A stretch of DNA of 64,000 nucleotides from Desulfurococcales archaeon. GTDB lineage: Archaea; Thermoproteota; Thermoprotei_A; Sulfolobales; NBVN01. The stretch is taken from positions 6,888-70,887 of the forward strand of contig JALVVU010000007.1 in NCBI GenBank assembly GCA_027023255.1. The letters are read 5' to 3'. The translations under genes and the position numbers were made by a program. Every line of letters starts with the position of its first letter. The stretch's first letter is position 1. Positions 33,771 to 44,073 of this stretch are shown one piece after another. The notes beneath the pieces are model-generated. The model was not told where the DNA came from, did no database searches, and saw only the letters and a program-made list of their open reading frames with translations.

Positions 33771-34631
33771 GTGAGTATGGCCTCAAACCCGCCCTCAAGT
33801 AAGATAAGGATTCACATGCCGCGTGAATACTTAGAGAGGAAAAAGAAGCTCCAAGAACGAATGTCTAAGATAAGGCACAAGATAGTCATAATGTCTGGCA
33901 AAGGTGGCGTCGGGAAATCCTTCATAGCGTCCAGCCTTGCACTAACCTTCCAGAAGCTAGGTTACAGAACCGGGCTCATGGATATTGACTTCCATGGCCC
34001 CTCCGCCCCGAAGATGCTGGGATTAAGGGGAACTAGGCTAATCATGTCGGATGAAGGTATAGAGCCTGCCCTAGGACCTCTAGGACTTAAGGTGATGTCC
34101 CTAGACTTCCTACTCCCAGACGATGATTCACCAGTGATATGGCGTGGGCCAATCAAGTCTACCGCGATAACACAGTTCGTGACAGACGTTAATTGGGGAG
34201 AGCTTGATTTCCTAGTAATTGACATGCCACCAGGCACTGGTGATGAAGCACTAACCGTTGCTCAGGAGCTTCCGGAAGTGGACGGAGCCGTATTTGTGAC
34301 TATCCCTTCTGAGGTTTCGCTCCTCGTTGTCGGTAGGTCAATCGTCTTTGCTAGGAGGGTAAACATAAGACCCTTAGGAGTTATAGAGAATATGTCTGGC
34401 TTCCTCTGCCCTAAGTGTGGCTCGTTCTACAGAATCTTCGGTAAGAGCTCCGGTAGGGAAATAGCTAGCAAATATGGAATAGAGTTCCTCGGTGAAATAC
34501 CGCTAGACCCGAGGATAGCTGAATGCAATGACGCTGGAACACCATTCATACTGAAATATCCGGACTCTGAAGTGTCTAAGCGTTTTGCGGAGGCTGCCCA
34601 GCATCTAGTCAAGATAGTTAGCAATGTGTAA
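33771..34631 (+). CDS. Mrp/NBP35/ApbC-family Fe-S cluster carrier ATPase
   Basis: Deviant Walker A MSGKGGVGKS, DMPPGTGDE, and CPKCG cluster-binding cysteines. Confidence 0.85.
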   Translation: MSMASNPPSSKIRIHMPREYLERKKKLQERMSKIRHKIVIMSGKGGVGKSFIASSLALTFQKLGYRTGLMDIDFHGPSAPKMLGLRGTRLIMSDEGIEPALGPLGLKVMSLDFLLPDDDSPVIWRGPIKSTAITQFVTDVNWGELDFLVIDMPPGTGDEALTVAQELPEVDGAVFVTIPSEVSLLVVGRSIVFARRVNIRPLGVIENMSGFLCPKCGSFYRIFGKSSGREIASKYGIEFLGEIPLDPRIAECNDAGTPFILKYPDSEVSKRFAEAAQHLVKIVSNV

Positions 34632-34705
34632 AAACGCCCTCACCTAGATCTTTTCTTCACTATTGCATTCCAACCTTAAGTTAAACCTACTTATTAGTCA
34701 CCTCC

Positions 34706-36031
34706 ATGATATTTACTTGGGATGTAAACATGGGATTCGAATGGTATAACGAGTTCGTAGACAGGAACCATAAGCCAAGCAGCGATGAATTAATTGCGGT
34801 GTTTAAGGCTAAGCCTGCTGAAGGTCTCACAATGGATGACATAGCAGGAAGGATCGCGTCAGAGAGCAGCGTCGGTACTTGGACCACGCTAACGACGCTA
34901 AAGCCACACGTACGTAAGATCATGGCTAAGGCATACGTTGTCCGTGAGGACGGCTTAATTAAGGTAGCGTACCCTCTAGACCTCTTTGAACTTGGGTCAA
35001 TACCCCAGCTCTTCAGCTCAGTACTGGGTAACATCTTCGGCATGAGAGCCATAAAGAGCTTGAAAGTGCTTGACATAATGTTCCCTGAGAAATACGTCAA
35101 GTCATTCCCTGGACCCTCATTCGGTATTAGCGGCGTCCGCGACAAGCTTAAGGTCTATAAGCGCCCAATACTTGCGACAGTGCCTAAGCCTAAGGTCGGA
35201 CTAACTTCAGAAGAGTACGGTGAAGCAGCGTATGAGATCCTAAGCGGCGGGATGGACCTAGTGAAGGACGACGAGAACCTAACTAACCAACCATTCAACC
35301 GCTTCGAAAAGAGGCTAGCTGCCGTGATGAAGGCCATAGATAAGGCCGAGAAGGAGACCGGTGAGAAGAAGGGATACCTATGCAACATAACGGCACCAAC
35401 GCTGGAGGAGATGCTACGTAGGATGAAACTTGTCGCTGATTACGGTAACGAATTCATAATGCTTGACATCCTGACGGTCGGCTGGGCAGCGGTTCAGACG
35501 GCTAGGGAGCACGCAGCCGACTATAAGCTAGCAATACATGCGCACAGGGCATTCCACGCAGCATTTACTAGGCCGAAAGAACATGGAGTGAGCTTCTACC
35601 TAATAGCTAAGATATCAAGGCTTGCTGGAGTGGATCACATCCACATAGGGACTAACGTAGGTAAAATGGAAACGGACCTGAAGGAACTGAAGCTAACACA
35701 GAACGTCATAACTCAGGAAGACTTCAACCCCGAAGGTGACGAGACAAAGGAACCACAGAAGTGGTATGGCCTCAAGCCTGTCCTCCCCGTAGCATCAGGA
35801 GGGCTCCATCCTGGCGTACTACCGCAACTGCTTGACTTCATGGGTTCCGACATACTAATACAGGTAGGGGGAGGCGTTACAGGGCACCCGAGCGGTCCCA
35901 AGGCCGGAGGAATAGCGGTGCGTCAAGCCCTAGAGGCATACTATAGTGGCGTCCCGCTAGAAGAGTATGCTAAGACGCATAAGGAGCTAAGGGAAGCACT
36001 AGAGAAGTGGGGTAAGGTTAGACCTGAGTGA
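34706..36031 (+). CDS. rbcL: Ribulose-1,5-bisphosphate carboxylase/oxygenase large subunit, archaeal type III
   Basis: Collinear with my memory of the Thermococcus kodakarensis type III enzyme: ESSVGTWTTL, GNIFGM, VPKPKVGL, VKDDENLTNQ, AIHAHRAFHAAFTR, ASGGLHPG, VGGGVTGHPSGP, EYAKTHKELREALEKWG. The start may be ATG 34730. Confidence 0.9.
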   Translation: MIFTWDVNMGFEWYNEFVDRNHKPSSDELIAVFKAKPAEGLTMDDIAGRIASESSVGTWTTLTTLKPHVRKIMAKAYVVREDGLIKVAYPLDLFELGSIPQLFSSVLGNIFGMRAIKSLKVLDIMFPEKYVKSFPGPSFGISGVRDKLKVYKRPILATVPKPKVGLTSEEYGEAAYEILSGGMDLVKDDENLTNQPFNRFEKRLAAVMKAIDKAEKETGEKKGYLCNITAPTLEEMLRRMKLVADYGNEFIMLDILTVGWAAVQTAREHAADYKLAIHAHRAFHAAFTRPKEHGVSFYLIAKISRLAGVDHIHIGTNVGKMETDLKELKLTQNVITQEDFNPEGDETKEPQKWYGLKPVLPVASGGLHPGVLPQLLDFMGSDILIQVGGGVTGHPSGPKAGGIAVRQALEAYYSGVPLEEYAKTHKELREALEKWGKVRPE

Positions 36032-36074
36032 ACATAAAAAGTGTTGATTACCTTTTAACCTACTTCCTAACCCG

Positions 36075-36959
36075 TCACTCCTCCGGCACTTTCCCCAGCA
36101 ATACCTTCCCTTTAAAGAAGGAGACGTGGAGAGCTCCATCATAGAACTTTGTTTCCACGTTCCGTGATTTTAACCTACTGTTAACCTCATCCTCACTCAT
36201 TAGGGCTGGGTCGAGCGTGTCTGATGCAGCTATGAAGTTGCATGCGTACCCGAATGATGGTATCCATACCCAGTACTCTCTAACGATGCTGAAGTTCGCT
36301 TTGATATTCTCTAGTACCCTAGCATATGTTCTTGGATAGAAGAAGGAGTTACCGGCTTGAGTTACCATTATACCATCATCTTTCATTACTGACTTAACCA
36401 TGGCGTAAAACTCCTTGCTATATAGTTTTCTCGAGATTTCCGGACCGTATGGATCTGTCAGGTCTAGCACAACAACGTCGAAGTACTTCCTCGGTGCTAT
36501 ATCTTTAACGTACTTGTAGCCGTCCTCTATTAGTAACTTGCTTCTTGGATCGTTGAATGATCCTTGATGCATGAAGTCTAAGTACTTCTTTGCGAACTCA
36601 ATTAACTCGCCGTCTATATCAACCATTACCGCTTCATCGATAGATGAATGCTTTAGGATTTCCCTTAGCGTCGCTCCCTCCCCGCCTCCAATAATGAGGG
36701 CCTTCTTAGGGTGCGGGTGCGTTACGGTGATGGGATGAACTAGTGATTCGTGATATATGAACTCGTCATTCTCCGTTGATTGAATGTATCCATCAAGTAC
36801 TAGGGCCCGTCCGTACTCATAGAGCTCAAGTATCTGGACCTCTTGGTACTTCGTCCTAGCAGTCAATATGAATCTCTTCACTCTCGTCATGAATGCTGCG
36901 TTCGGTGAAACACCCTCGAAGATCACTGGACCGTATTTAAGGCCTACGTCACCCATCAT
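36075..36959 (-). CDS. speE: Spermidine synthase / aminopropyltransferase
   Basis: LIIGGGEGATLREILKH, MVDIDGELIEFAKKYL, VVVLDLTDP. Confidence 0.85.
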   Translation of the reverse strand: MMGDVGLKYGPVIFEGVSPNAAFMTRVKRFILTARTKYQEVQILELYEYGRALVLDGYIQSTENDEFIYHESLVHPITVTHPHPKKALIIGGGEGATLREILKHSSIDEAVMVDIDGELIEFAKKYLDFMHQGSFNDPRSKLLIEDGYKYVKDIAPRKYFDVVVLDLTDPYGPEISRKLYSKEFYAMVKSVMKDDGIMVTQAGNSFFYPRTYARVLENIKANFSIVREYWVWIPSFGYACNFIAASDTLDPALMSEDEVNSRLKSRNVETKFYDGALHVSFFKGKVLLGKVPEE

Positions 36960-37053
36960 CCACTACCTCAGGTACATTAACCTGCCTTACACTATTAAAG
37001 GACGCGTCCCCTAATGTTTAAACTTCCGGTAACGTTTCAAGAGAGGATGAAGG

Positions 37054-37764
37054 ATGGTTGAGGAGAGGTACTTGAGACAGTTGAGGTTGCTTGGGCGTGA
37101 AGGGCAGGAGAGACTACGTGAGGCGACAGTGCTTGTGGCTGGTCTTGGGGGATTAGGGTCGCCAGTTACGTTATACTTAAGTGCTGCTGGGGTAGGCAAG
37201 CTATTTCTAGTTGATGAGGGGAGGCTGGAGCTGAGTAACCTGAACAGGCAAGTACTTTACAGTGTTAATGACGTAGGGAAATTAAAGGCCTTAGTCGCGG
37301 CCGAGAGGGTACGTAGCCTTAATCCTGATGTTGAAGTCGAGCCTTACGTGATGAACGTGCGGGATGAGAGGTTTGAGGAACTTGTACGTCGGGCTGACGT
37401 GGTTGTTGATTGCCTTGATAATTGGGCTGGAAGGTTAACACTCGATAAACTAACGTGGATTTACTCCAAACCCCTAGTGCATGGCGGGATAGCTGAGTTC
37501 TACGGGCAGGTCACCACCGTATTAAGGGGGGTGACACACTGCCTTAAGTGTGTCCTCGGCATAACTAGCGAGCATGAAGGGGAACCGCCACAGGTGCTCG
37601 GCCCAACGCCTGGCGTTATAGGCGCTATCCAGGCTGCTGAAGTGATCAAGCTTGTGACGGGCATCGGTGAACCGCTATTCAATAGGCTCTTAATCATGGA
37701 TCTTAAGCGGGGAGAATTCACCACGCTCGAGGTTCGCGGTAATCCTGAGTGCGAATGCTGGTGA
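37054..37764 (+). CDS. ThiF/MoeB/UbaA-type E1-like adenylyltransferase
   Basis: RYLRQLRLLGREGQERL...VLVAGLGGLGSPVTLYLSAAGVGKLFLVDEGRLELSNLNRQ. Zinc-site CLKC...CEC. No rhodanese domain and no adjacent ubiquitin-like small ORF. Confidence 0.8.
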   Translation: MVEERYLRQLRLLGREGQERLREATVLVAGLGGLGSPVTLYLSAAGVGKLFLVDEGRLELSNLNRQVLYSVNDVGKLKALVAAERVRSLNPDVEVEPYVMNVRDERFEELVRRADVVVDCLDNWAGRLTLDKLTWIYSKPLVHGGIAEFYGQVTTVLRGVTHCLKCVLGITSEHEGEPPQVLGPTPGVIGAIQAAEVIKLVTGIGEPLFNRLLIMDLKRGEFTTLEVRGNPECECW

Positions 37765-37770
37765 TTCGTC

Positions 37771-38373
37771 GTGTTTTTAGAACTAAATGTAGGCGCCCTA
37801 ATCCAGGACATCATAATGCTCTTCATCGTAATTGACCCAATAACCCTTGGGATTTACGTAGGGGCTAATACCGCTGGTCTCGAGCCTAGCCTACGCAAGG
37901 AAATAGTCCTTAGGGGTGTCACCGGCGGCACCATTATCCTGCTCTTCTTCGGTTTAGTTGGGGATTACGTTATGGGTTACTTCGGCATAGAGATACAGGA
38001 CTTCATGATAGCGCTAGGCATACTCTTAATGATAGTCGCCATTCTTGACTTCATGGACATTAGGTACGCTTCAGAGCTACGCAGGGATAAACCCTCACTG
38101 GTCCCCATAGCTACTCCCCTAATAGCTGGTCCCGCAGCGATCTCCACAACAATATACATCAAGTACGCTCACGGCGTAGCCTACGCATTAATAGCCATAG
38201 CAGTTAACGTGTTCCTAACGTACATCTCCATGCTTGGCGGCGCTAAGCTCTCGGAAGTACTCGGCAAGTCCGGCTCTCAATTATTGGATAAAGTCATAGC
38301 CCTAATACTGGCTGGGCTCGCTATCTCACTTATTCGCCGTGGAGTAATCATGATTATAGCGTCGCTAAAGTAA
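37771..38373 (+). CDS. MarC-family (UPF0056) integral membrane protein
   Basis: 200 aa with about 6 TM segments. The size and layout fit MarC. The assignment is by overall resemblance only. Confidence 0.55.
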   Translation: MFLELNVGALIQDIIMLFIVIDPITLGIYVGANTAGLEPSLRKEIVLRGVTGGTIILLFFGLVGDYVMGYFGIEIQDFMIALGILLMIVAILDFMDIRYASELRRDKPSLVPIATPLIAGPAAISTTIYIKYAHGVAYALIAIAVNVFLTYISMLGGAKLSEVLGKSGSQLLDKVIALILAGLAISLIRRGVIMIIASLK

Positions 38374-38399
38374 ATCACGTAACTGTAAGGTAAGGCACA

Positions 38400-40214
38400 A
38401 TGAGGTTCCCTTACACAACAGCAAGGAAGGGTCAGCTCGAGGCCTGTAAGAGGGTGGCGGAGTCTTTAGGCACATACATAGTCCTTAAAGCTCCCACAGG
38501 CTTCGGCAAGACTATAGTCGCGTTGATCTCACACTCAGATGTTAGCCCAGTACTGTATGGTGTCAGGACGATAAATGAAATGAGTCCCGTAATACGGGAG
38601 CTACGTAGATCGGGTTTCTCCTTCACGTTCGTGTATAGTGCAGCTAAGATGTGTCCCCTAACGCAGGACTCAGGCGGTGGGAGTACGGAGGACTTCTGGG
38701 CTGCATGCAAATCGTTGAGAATGAGAAGAATGTGCCCGTATTTCTTCGGTATTGATGAGAAGCTTGATGATGTGCGGGAATTGCTTAATTCTGAGTCATC
38801 ATTTGATCCCCACGTCCTGACGTCATTGATCTCAAGTAAGGTTGGTGTTTGCCCCTTTTTCTCCCTTACTAGGTTAATCCCTGACTCACAATTTGTTGTT
38901 GTTACGTATCCTTACGTGTTTCGTGAAGAAGTGTTTGACACAGCCTTCACTGATGTCGGGCCTGATGACTTCTACTTAATCTTAGATGAATCCCATACCC
39001 TCCTCATACCTCAGTCCGTGGTTGATGAGGAGATAGATAGTATAACGGTGGAGCAAGCCTTAAAGGAGGTTAAGCAGTATGGTGAGCACTATGATGAGGT
39101 TCTAAGTTACCTGAGGAACCTCTTAGACATAGTTAGTGAGCAGAAAGGGAGGCTACTGAAGCGTGTGGATAAGACCCTAGTTCTCCCTGGCGAAGGCACG
39201 CTATTTCTCCTGGAGGATGCCCTCGCCGAGATAAGGTTGAAGAAATTGCTTAGAGCACCGAGCGTGTCGGACGCTGTTGCCTTAAGCACTAAGTTAAGTA
39301 AGGTTGTTAAGTTCCTCCGCTACTTAAAAGAGCCTGATTTCCAGTCCTACGGATACCTTTCAGAGTCTGAGGTGAGCGTTCTTAAGGCGCTTCCCTTAGG
39401 TTACGGGTTCATCAAGAGGAGGCTTTCACTGTTCAAAGGCGTCCTACTCATGTCCGGCACGATGCCTCCCACACACATATTATCGCCAATTTGCGGGAGT
39501 AACCTAACATACATCGACATAGAGTCTGAGTATGGACGTGTGTTCCCTCGCCATAATATAGCGTATATTGTCGTAACCAGCGTTACCTCCAGCTACAGGT
39601 ACCGCAGTAAGGGGATGTATGAGAGGTACGCTAAGTTAATCGAGGCAGTGTTCAATGCTGTCCCTAAGGGCGTGACGTTAGTCGTCTATCCTAGCTACAA
39701 CTTCATGAGTAACGTCCTGCAGTACTTGGTCATTAATGGTAAGCAGTTCGAGGAAGGTAGAGGAACTAAGTATGAGGAGTTGCTTAAGGCTGCTTCCACC
39801 ACCGATAAGGTATTGGTTCACTGCGTAGCAGGTGGCAAGATAACTGAGGGGTTAGAGCTACTCGACGGTAAGGGCAGGTCATTAATTAAGGCAGTAGTGG
39901 TTGCTGGCGTACCTTATCCACAGCCAGACGACTATGCTAGGGACTTTGAGAGAGTTATGGAGGGAATCGTGGGGGCCTCCGCACGCACGTACGTCATGGA
40001 GTTACCAGCTGTGATAAAGGTCATGCAGGCGGCTGGACGCGCCATAAGATCCGAACATGACGAAGCTGTGGTGGTACTCTGCGACAGAAGATACATGATG
40101 CCGAAGTTGAGGGAGTTACTTAATGAGAGGTACGACAGAATCTGCAGGGATGAAAATGAGTTAGTATCCGCTATTAGGTCATTCTTTGAAGGTAAGCTCT
40201 TAACCCGCTCATGA
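38400..40214 (+). CDS. XPD/Rad3-family (DEAD_2) Fe-S DNA helicase
   Basis: Walker A APTGFGKT and DESH box. Four-Cys Fe-S insertion (KMCPL, AACKS, RMCPYF, GVCPFF). Motif VI QAAGRAIRSEHDEAVVVLCDRR. Confidence 0.8.
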   Translation: MRFPYTTARKGQLEACKRVAESLGTYIVLKAPTGFGKTIVALISHSDVSPVLYGVRTINEMSPVIRELRRSGFSFTFVYSAAKMCPLTQDSGGGSTEDFWAACKSLRMRRMCPYFFGIDEKLDDVRELLNSESSFDPHVLTSLISSKVGVCPFFSLTRLIPDSQFVVVTYPYVFREEVFDTAFTDVGPDDFYLILDESHTLLIPQSVVDEEIDSITVEQALKEVKQYGEHYDEVLSYLRNLLDIVSEQKGRLLKRVDKTLVLPGEGTLFLLEDALAEIRLKKLLRAPSVSDAVALSTKLSKVVKFLRYLKEPDFQSYGYLSESEVSVLKALPLGYGFIKRRLSLFKGVLLMSGTMPPTHILSPICGSNLTYIDIESEYGRVFPRHNIAYIVVTSVTSSYRYRSKGMYERYAKLIEAVFNAVPKGVTLVVYPSYNFMSNVLQYLVINGKQFEEGRGTKYEELLKAASTTDKVLVHCVAGGKITEGLELLDGKGRSLIKAVVVAGVPYPQPDDYARDFERVMEGIVGASARTYVMELPAVIKVMQAAGRAIRSEHDEAVVVLCDRRYMMPKLRELLNERYDRICRDENELVSAIRSFFEGKLLTRS

Positions 40215-40797
40215 CAACGTATATCAGTATCAGGTAACCTACGATTATCGCGGTTGATGACGGTGCATACCCTATCGCGATATAGAGCCCCAGGAAGCCC
40301 ACATTCTCGACAACGCTTGACACGGATTCTGTCGTTGAACTATCCTGCAGATGTAGAGGGGCCGTACCATAGAGAGGCAACGTAATAACCCCCGCGGCCA
40401 GTAAGGCTACGGCGAGGGCCGCACGTACCTCCCTCCCGATTCCTAGGATGTCAAATATCGGGAGCAATAACGGTATTGGGGATGGGAACCCAAGTATTAG
40501 GGACACTAAGAGTAGTTCCTTTGCTGGCAACATCACGGCGATCATGGAGAGTACCGCGGACGTCATGGCAAGTACTATGGATGTCATGCCCAGCAACACG
40601 TACTTCAGTGTCTTCCCTGCTGGGGCCTTAACCATTACGGCAATAGCCGCGAGAACAACCACGATATAGGAGAGGAAGGGGGAGAGGAATAGGGTTAGCG
40701 ATAGTATGAATAACCCTACAGTGATTATTACGCCTGAACTAACTCCGTGTTCATGCGTGGCACCCTGTCCTTCTATTCCACTTAACTCCTCGCTCAT
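40174..40797 (-). CDS. Hypothetical polytopic membrane protein
   Basis: 207-aa hydrophobic ORF. Its 3' end overlaps the convergent helicase by 41 nt, and its start overlaps the stop of the upstream amidohydrolase gene by 4 nt (ATGA). Confidence 0.45.
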   Translation of the reverse strand: MSEELSGIEGQGATHEHGVSSGVIITVGLFILSLTLFLSPFLSYIVVVLAAIAVMVKAPAGKTLKYVLLGMTSIVLAMTSAVLSMIAVMLPAKELLLVSLILGFPSPIPLLLPIFDILGIGREVRAALAVALLAAGVITLPLYGTAPLHLQDSSTTESVSSVVENVGFLGLYIAIGYAPSSTAIIVGYLILIYVVMSGLRAYLQRMT

Positions 40798-42140
40798 GAC
40801 TTCACGTACCTTGGGCCCACGTTTTCCCTTATGAACTCCCTGTCCTCTATAACAACCTTACCATTCACTATTAAGTGCTTGGCCCACCCGCATAGTTCCA
40901 TACCTTCGTAGGGGGTCCAATCAACCTTATGGTGAAGCACGTCCGGCCTGACCTTAATCGTTAAGTTAGGGTCTATCAGCGCTATATCCGCATCCGAGCC
41001 TACGGTTAAGGTACCTTTCCTTGGGTAAATACCCATTATCTTAGCCGGGTTAGTGGATGTTACCTCAACATACCTCTCAATCGTCAGTAGTCCGAGCCTC
41101 TTGATACCATACGTGAATATTGCTGGGAACATCGTCTCTACCCCAGGTATTCCTCCCCAAGCACTCCACACATCAACTTCCTTCTCATCACGCGGTGAGG
41201 GAGCGTGGTCGGAAGTGACGGCGTCTATAGTCCCGTTCGCTAGGGCCCTCCATAATTCCCGTACGTCATCCTTCGTTTTCAGTGCCGGGTTCATCTTAAG
41301 GTAATTACCCCACTTCATGACGTCGTCCTTAGCGAATAGTAGGTAATGGGGGCAGGTCTCGGCAGTTACCTGTACACCGGCTTCCTTGGCTTTCCTGATG
41401 AGCCTTGCGCTTAGACCTGCTGATATGTGTGCGAAATGTATACGCATGTTCAGCATCTTCGCGATAATGAGTACTCTTGCTACGGCTGAGACCTCGGCTT
41501 CGGCTGGTCTTGACTCATGATGGGCTATTGGGTCATCCCTCCCTAACTTCCTGTACTTTTCGATGAGGTAATCTAGGATGGCGTCGTCCTCGGCATGAAT
41601 CATTACGGTTCCATCGTTTGAATTAACGGCTTCTATGACCTTCGTTATCCCAGCGTCACTTGCTGGGCGGAAGGGTTTGCAAGTGAATAACTTAAACGCC
41701 TTTACCCCTGCGTCACGCAGTTGCTTTATGTTACCGATATTCTTCTCGTTCATCATTCCGGCTATGATGCCGAAGTTGATTACTGAGTTACGTAATCCTT
41801 CCTTGACCTTTATTTCCAGTGTCTTAAGGTCTTCAACATACATTCTCAAGGGCATGTCGTATATTGTTGTTATGGAGCCATACGCTGCCGCCAGCGAGCC
41901 TGTGAAGAAATCTTCATGGTGCGTGTAGTCTGGGTCGTAAATATGTGCGTGGATCTCTATACCGCCCGGCACCGCTATTAATCCCTTGGCATCAATAACC
42001 TTGTCGTACTGATTAACGATTAATTCAGTGTCATGAGCGCTTATCTTCACTACCTTATCGTCCGCTACGTGAATATTAGCCTCCCGCAGGTAGTTACCAT
42101 TGATAAGTACTCTAGCATCCCGTATTAGGAGGGAACCCAA
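40794..42140 (-). CDS. Cyclic amidohydrolase (dihydroorotase / allantoinase / dihydropyrimidinase family)
   Basis: GGIEIHAHIY (metal His pair), GVKAFKLF (carbamylated Lys position), VMIHAED, HFAHIS, VTSDHAP. Confidence 0.8.
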   Translation of the reverse strand: MGSLLIRDARVLINGNYLREANIHVADDKVVKISAHDTELIVNQYDKVIDAKGLIAVPGGIEIHAHIYDPDYTHHEDFFTGSLAAAYGSITTIYDMPLRMYVEDLKTLEIKVKEGLRNSVINFGIIAGMMNEKNIGNIKQLRDAGVKAFKLFTCKPFRPASDAGITKVIEAVNSNDGTVMIHAEDDAILDYLIEKYRKLGRDDPIAHHESRPAEAEVSAVARVLIIAKMLNMRIHFAHISAGLSARLIRKAKEAGVQVTAETCPHYLLFAKDDVMKWGNYLKMNPALKTKDDVRELWRALANGTIDAVTSDHAPSPRDEKEVDVWSAWGGIPGVETMFPAIFTYGIKRLGLLTIERYVEVTSTNPAKIMGIYPRKGTLTVGSDADIALIDPNLTIKVRPDVLHHKVDWTPYEGMELCGWAKHLIVNGKVVIEDREFIRENVGPRYVKS

Positions 42141-42150
42141 GGCTTCCCCC

Positions 42151-44004
42151 TCACTCCTCTGCCTTAACCTCTAGGATAGGATCTATGATTTTCCCTGCGA
42201 GGACATCTACCACTCCCTTATCCGTTACCCTGACTTCAGGGATCACTGGTAGAGGGAGTAGTGCTATCGTCATGAAGCATTCATGATAGTTCATCCCCAT
42301 GGCCATGAGGGCCTTCCTGTAAGCTTCCAGCTCTTCGTAAACCTCCTCGAAGGGTTTATCAGACATTAGCCCAGCTATAGGTAACCTCACTGACCCTATC
42401 ACCGCGCCGTTCAGTACGGCAACCATGCCTCCTCCCATCTTTACTAGTTCGTTAACAGCTTTTGCCATCTCGTCCAGTGTTTTACCGACGACTACTACGT
42501 TATGGACGTCGTGAGCTATTGTTTGTGCTAACGCGCCCTTCTTTAGGCCTAAGCCAACAACTATTCCCTTGCCTATGTTGCCTGTTGCGTGGTGTCTTTC
42601 TATAGTTGCTATGTACGCGGTGTCGCCGGTAGGTAGTTCTATAATGCCTTCATTCACGTTTGCTTCTATGATCTCCTTCTTCGTTATTGCTTTCCCAGGG
42701 ACAGCCCGGATCGCTAGGAACTTTACTTTCCCTCCACTTATCGGTGCCTTTATCATTAGGTCCTCCGCTTGGATTCTACGCCCTATGTTCATGGTCTTAT
42801 AGGCTTTCTCAGGGAACCTGTAGCGCTTAGGACTTGTTGCCATATACTTTCCGTTATGAACGACTACCTTGCCGTTCACTATCACGTCCCTTATCTCGAA
42901 CTGCCTGAAGTTCTTTAGAACCACTATGTCTGCGAACCTTCCTGGAGTTACTGCACCTATCTCCGGTAGTTTTAGGTATTCTGCCGCATTTATCGTTGCC
43001 ATCTGAACAGCCGTTATCGGATCTATCCCTAATGAGACAGCCCTCCTGAGGATCCTGTCAAGGTGTCCTTCATCGACTAGGTCAGTAACTTCGATGTCAT
43101 CGCTGGCAAAAACTAGGTACCTCGTGTTGATGCGCATATACGTAAGTATCTTTGAAAGCTCATCTAGATCCTTCCACGCTGATCCCTCCCTGACGAGCAC
43201 GTGCATCCCGTTCCTGAGCTTCATCAGTGCCTCCGTTATGAAGACTGACTCGTGATCGCCTTCGATCCCGGAGGCCGCGTAAGGTACTAGCATGTCCTCC
43301 GGCAGCTGGGGTGCGTGACCATCGACTACCTTGCCAGCTAGTTTCGCGCATGATATCTTCCTCATTATCTCCTCGTCAGCGTTGATTACGCTTAGGAAGT
43401 CCATTACCTCCCCTAAACCTATCACTTCCTCCTCCTTCATCAACTCCTCAGTGTCATCAGCTGTTATTGTTGAGCCCACAGTATCGAGTCCTGCCTTAGT
43501 CGGCGGCACACATGAGGGAACGTAGAAGAAAACTCGGAGGGGAACATAACGTGATTCCTCAATGAACATCTTAATCCCATCAACGCCTAAGACATTCGCA
43601 ATTTCGTGTGGATCAGCCGCTACCGTCGTCGTTCCGTGGATTAGGGCTGCCCTACTGAATTCCTGCACCGTAAGTAGAGAGGACTCTATGTGAACATGCG
43701 GCTCTATGAATCCTGGCGTTACCATCTCGGCGTCTTTGACATCCATTATAATGGTGTTCGGTCCCCTATACTTATCCACGTCAAAATACCCTACGCGGAC
43801 CACGTAGTTATTCCATATTGCAATGTTAACCTTCTCCCTTATGTCGCCGACCACTACGTCAACTAGGTCAGCGTTAGTTATTATTAGGTCGGCCTTCACC
43901 TTGCCCTGAGCGGCGAGCACAATGTTACGCAGGGTCTGAGGGGAGTAATCCTTTCTTAACGTTTTCGTTGTAGCACCCTCACTACCCATGGTTAAATACC
44001 TCAC
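42151..44004 (-). CDS. ade: Adenine deaminase
   Basis: FIEPHVHIESS, GTTTVAADPHEIANV, VDGHAP and the ~600-aa two-domain length typical of Ade. Confidence 0.85.
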   Translation of the reverse strand: MRYLTMGSEGATTKTLRKDYSPQTLRNIVLAAQGKVKADLIITNADLVDVVVGDIREKVNIAIWNNYVVRVGYFDVDKYRGPNTIIMDVKDAEMVTPGFIEPHVHIESSLLTVQEFSRAALIHGTTTVAADPHEIANVLGVDGIKMFIEESRYVPLRVFFYVPSCVPPTKAGLDTVGSTITADDTEELMKEEEVIGLGEVMDFLSVINADEEIMRKISCAKLAGKVVDGHAPQLPEDMLVPYAASGIEGDHESVFITEALMKLRNGMHVLVREGSAWKDLDELSKILTYMRINTRYLVFASDDIEVTDLVDEGHLDRILRRAVSLGIDPITAVQMATINAAEYLKLPEIGAVTPGRFADIVVLKNFRQFEIRDVIVNGKVVVHNGKYMATSPKRYRFPEKAYKTMNIGRRIQAEDLMIKAPISGGKVKFLAIRAVPGKAITKKEIIEANVNEGIIELPTGDTAYIATIERHHATGNIGKGIVVGLGLKKGALAQTIAHDVHNVVVVGKTLDEMAKAVNELVKMGGGMVAVLNGAVIGSVRLPIAGLMSDKPFEEVYEELEAYRKALMAMGMNYHECFMTIALLPLPVIPEVRVTDKGVVDVLAGKIIDPILEVKAEE

Positions 44005-44073
44005 TTGTGTGTTAAACTGAGCAATGAGAAAATAAGGATTTATATATGATGCCTAAATTAAAAGGGGGTATCA

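Noticed and set aside
34706-36031. RuBisCO as evidence of Calvin-cycle autotrophy
   Set aside because: The sequence is type III. No phosphoribulokinase or small subunit is visible, and established knowledge places this form in nucleotide/AMP salvage.
40174-40214. 3'-end overlaps of convergent gene pairs (40174-40214, 30094-30126, 52224-52291, 7415-7422) as possible antisense regulation
   Set aside because: Short convergent overlaps are common in compact archaeal genomes. They probably reflect unconstrained C-terminal tails running to the first stop. No extra structure was seen.
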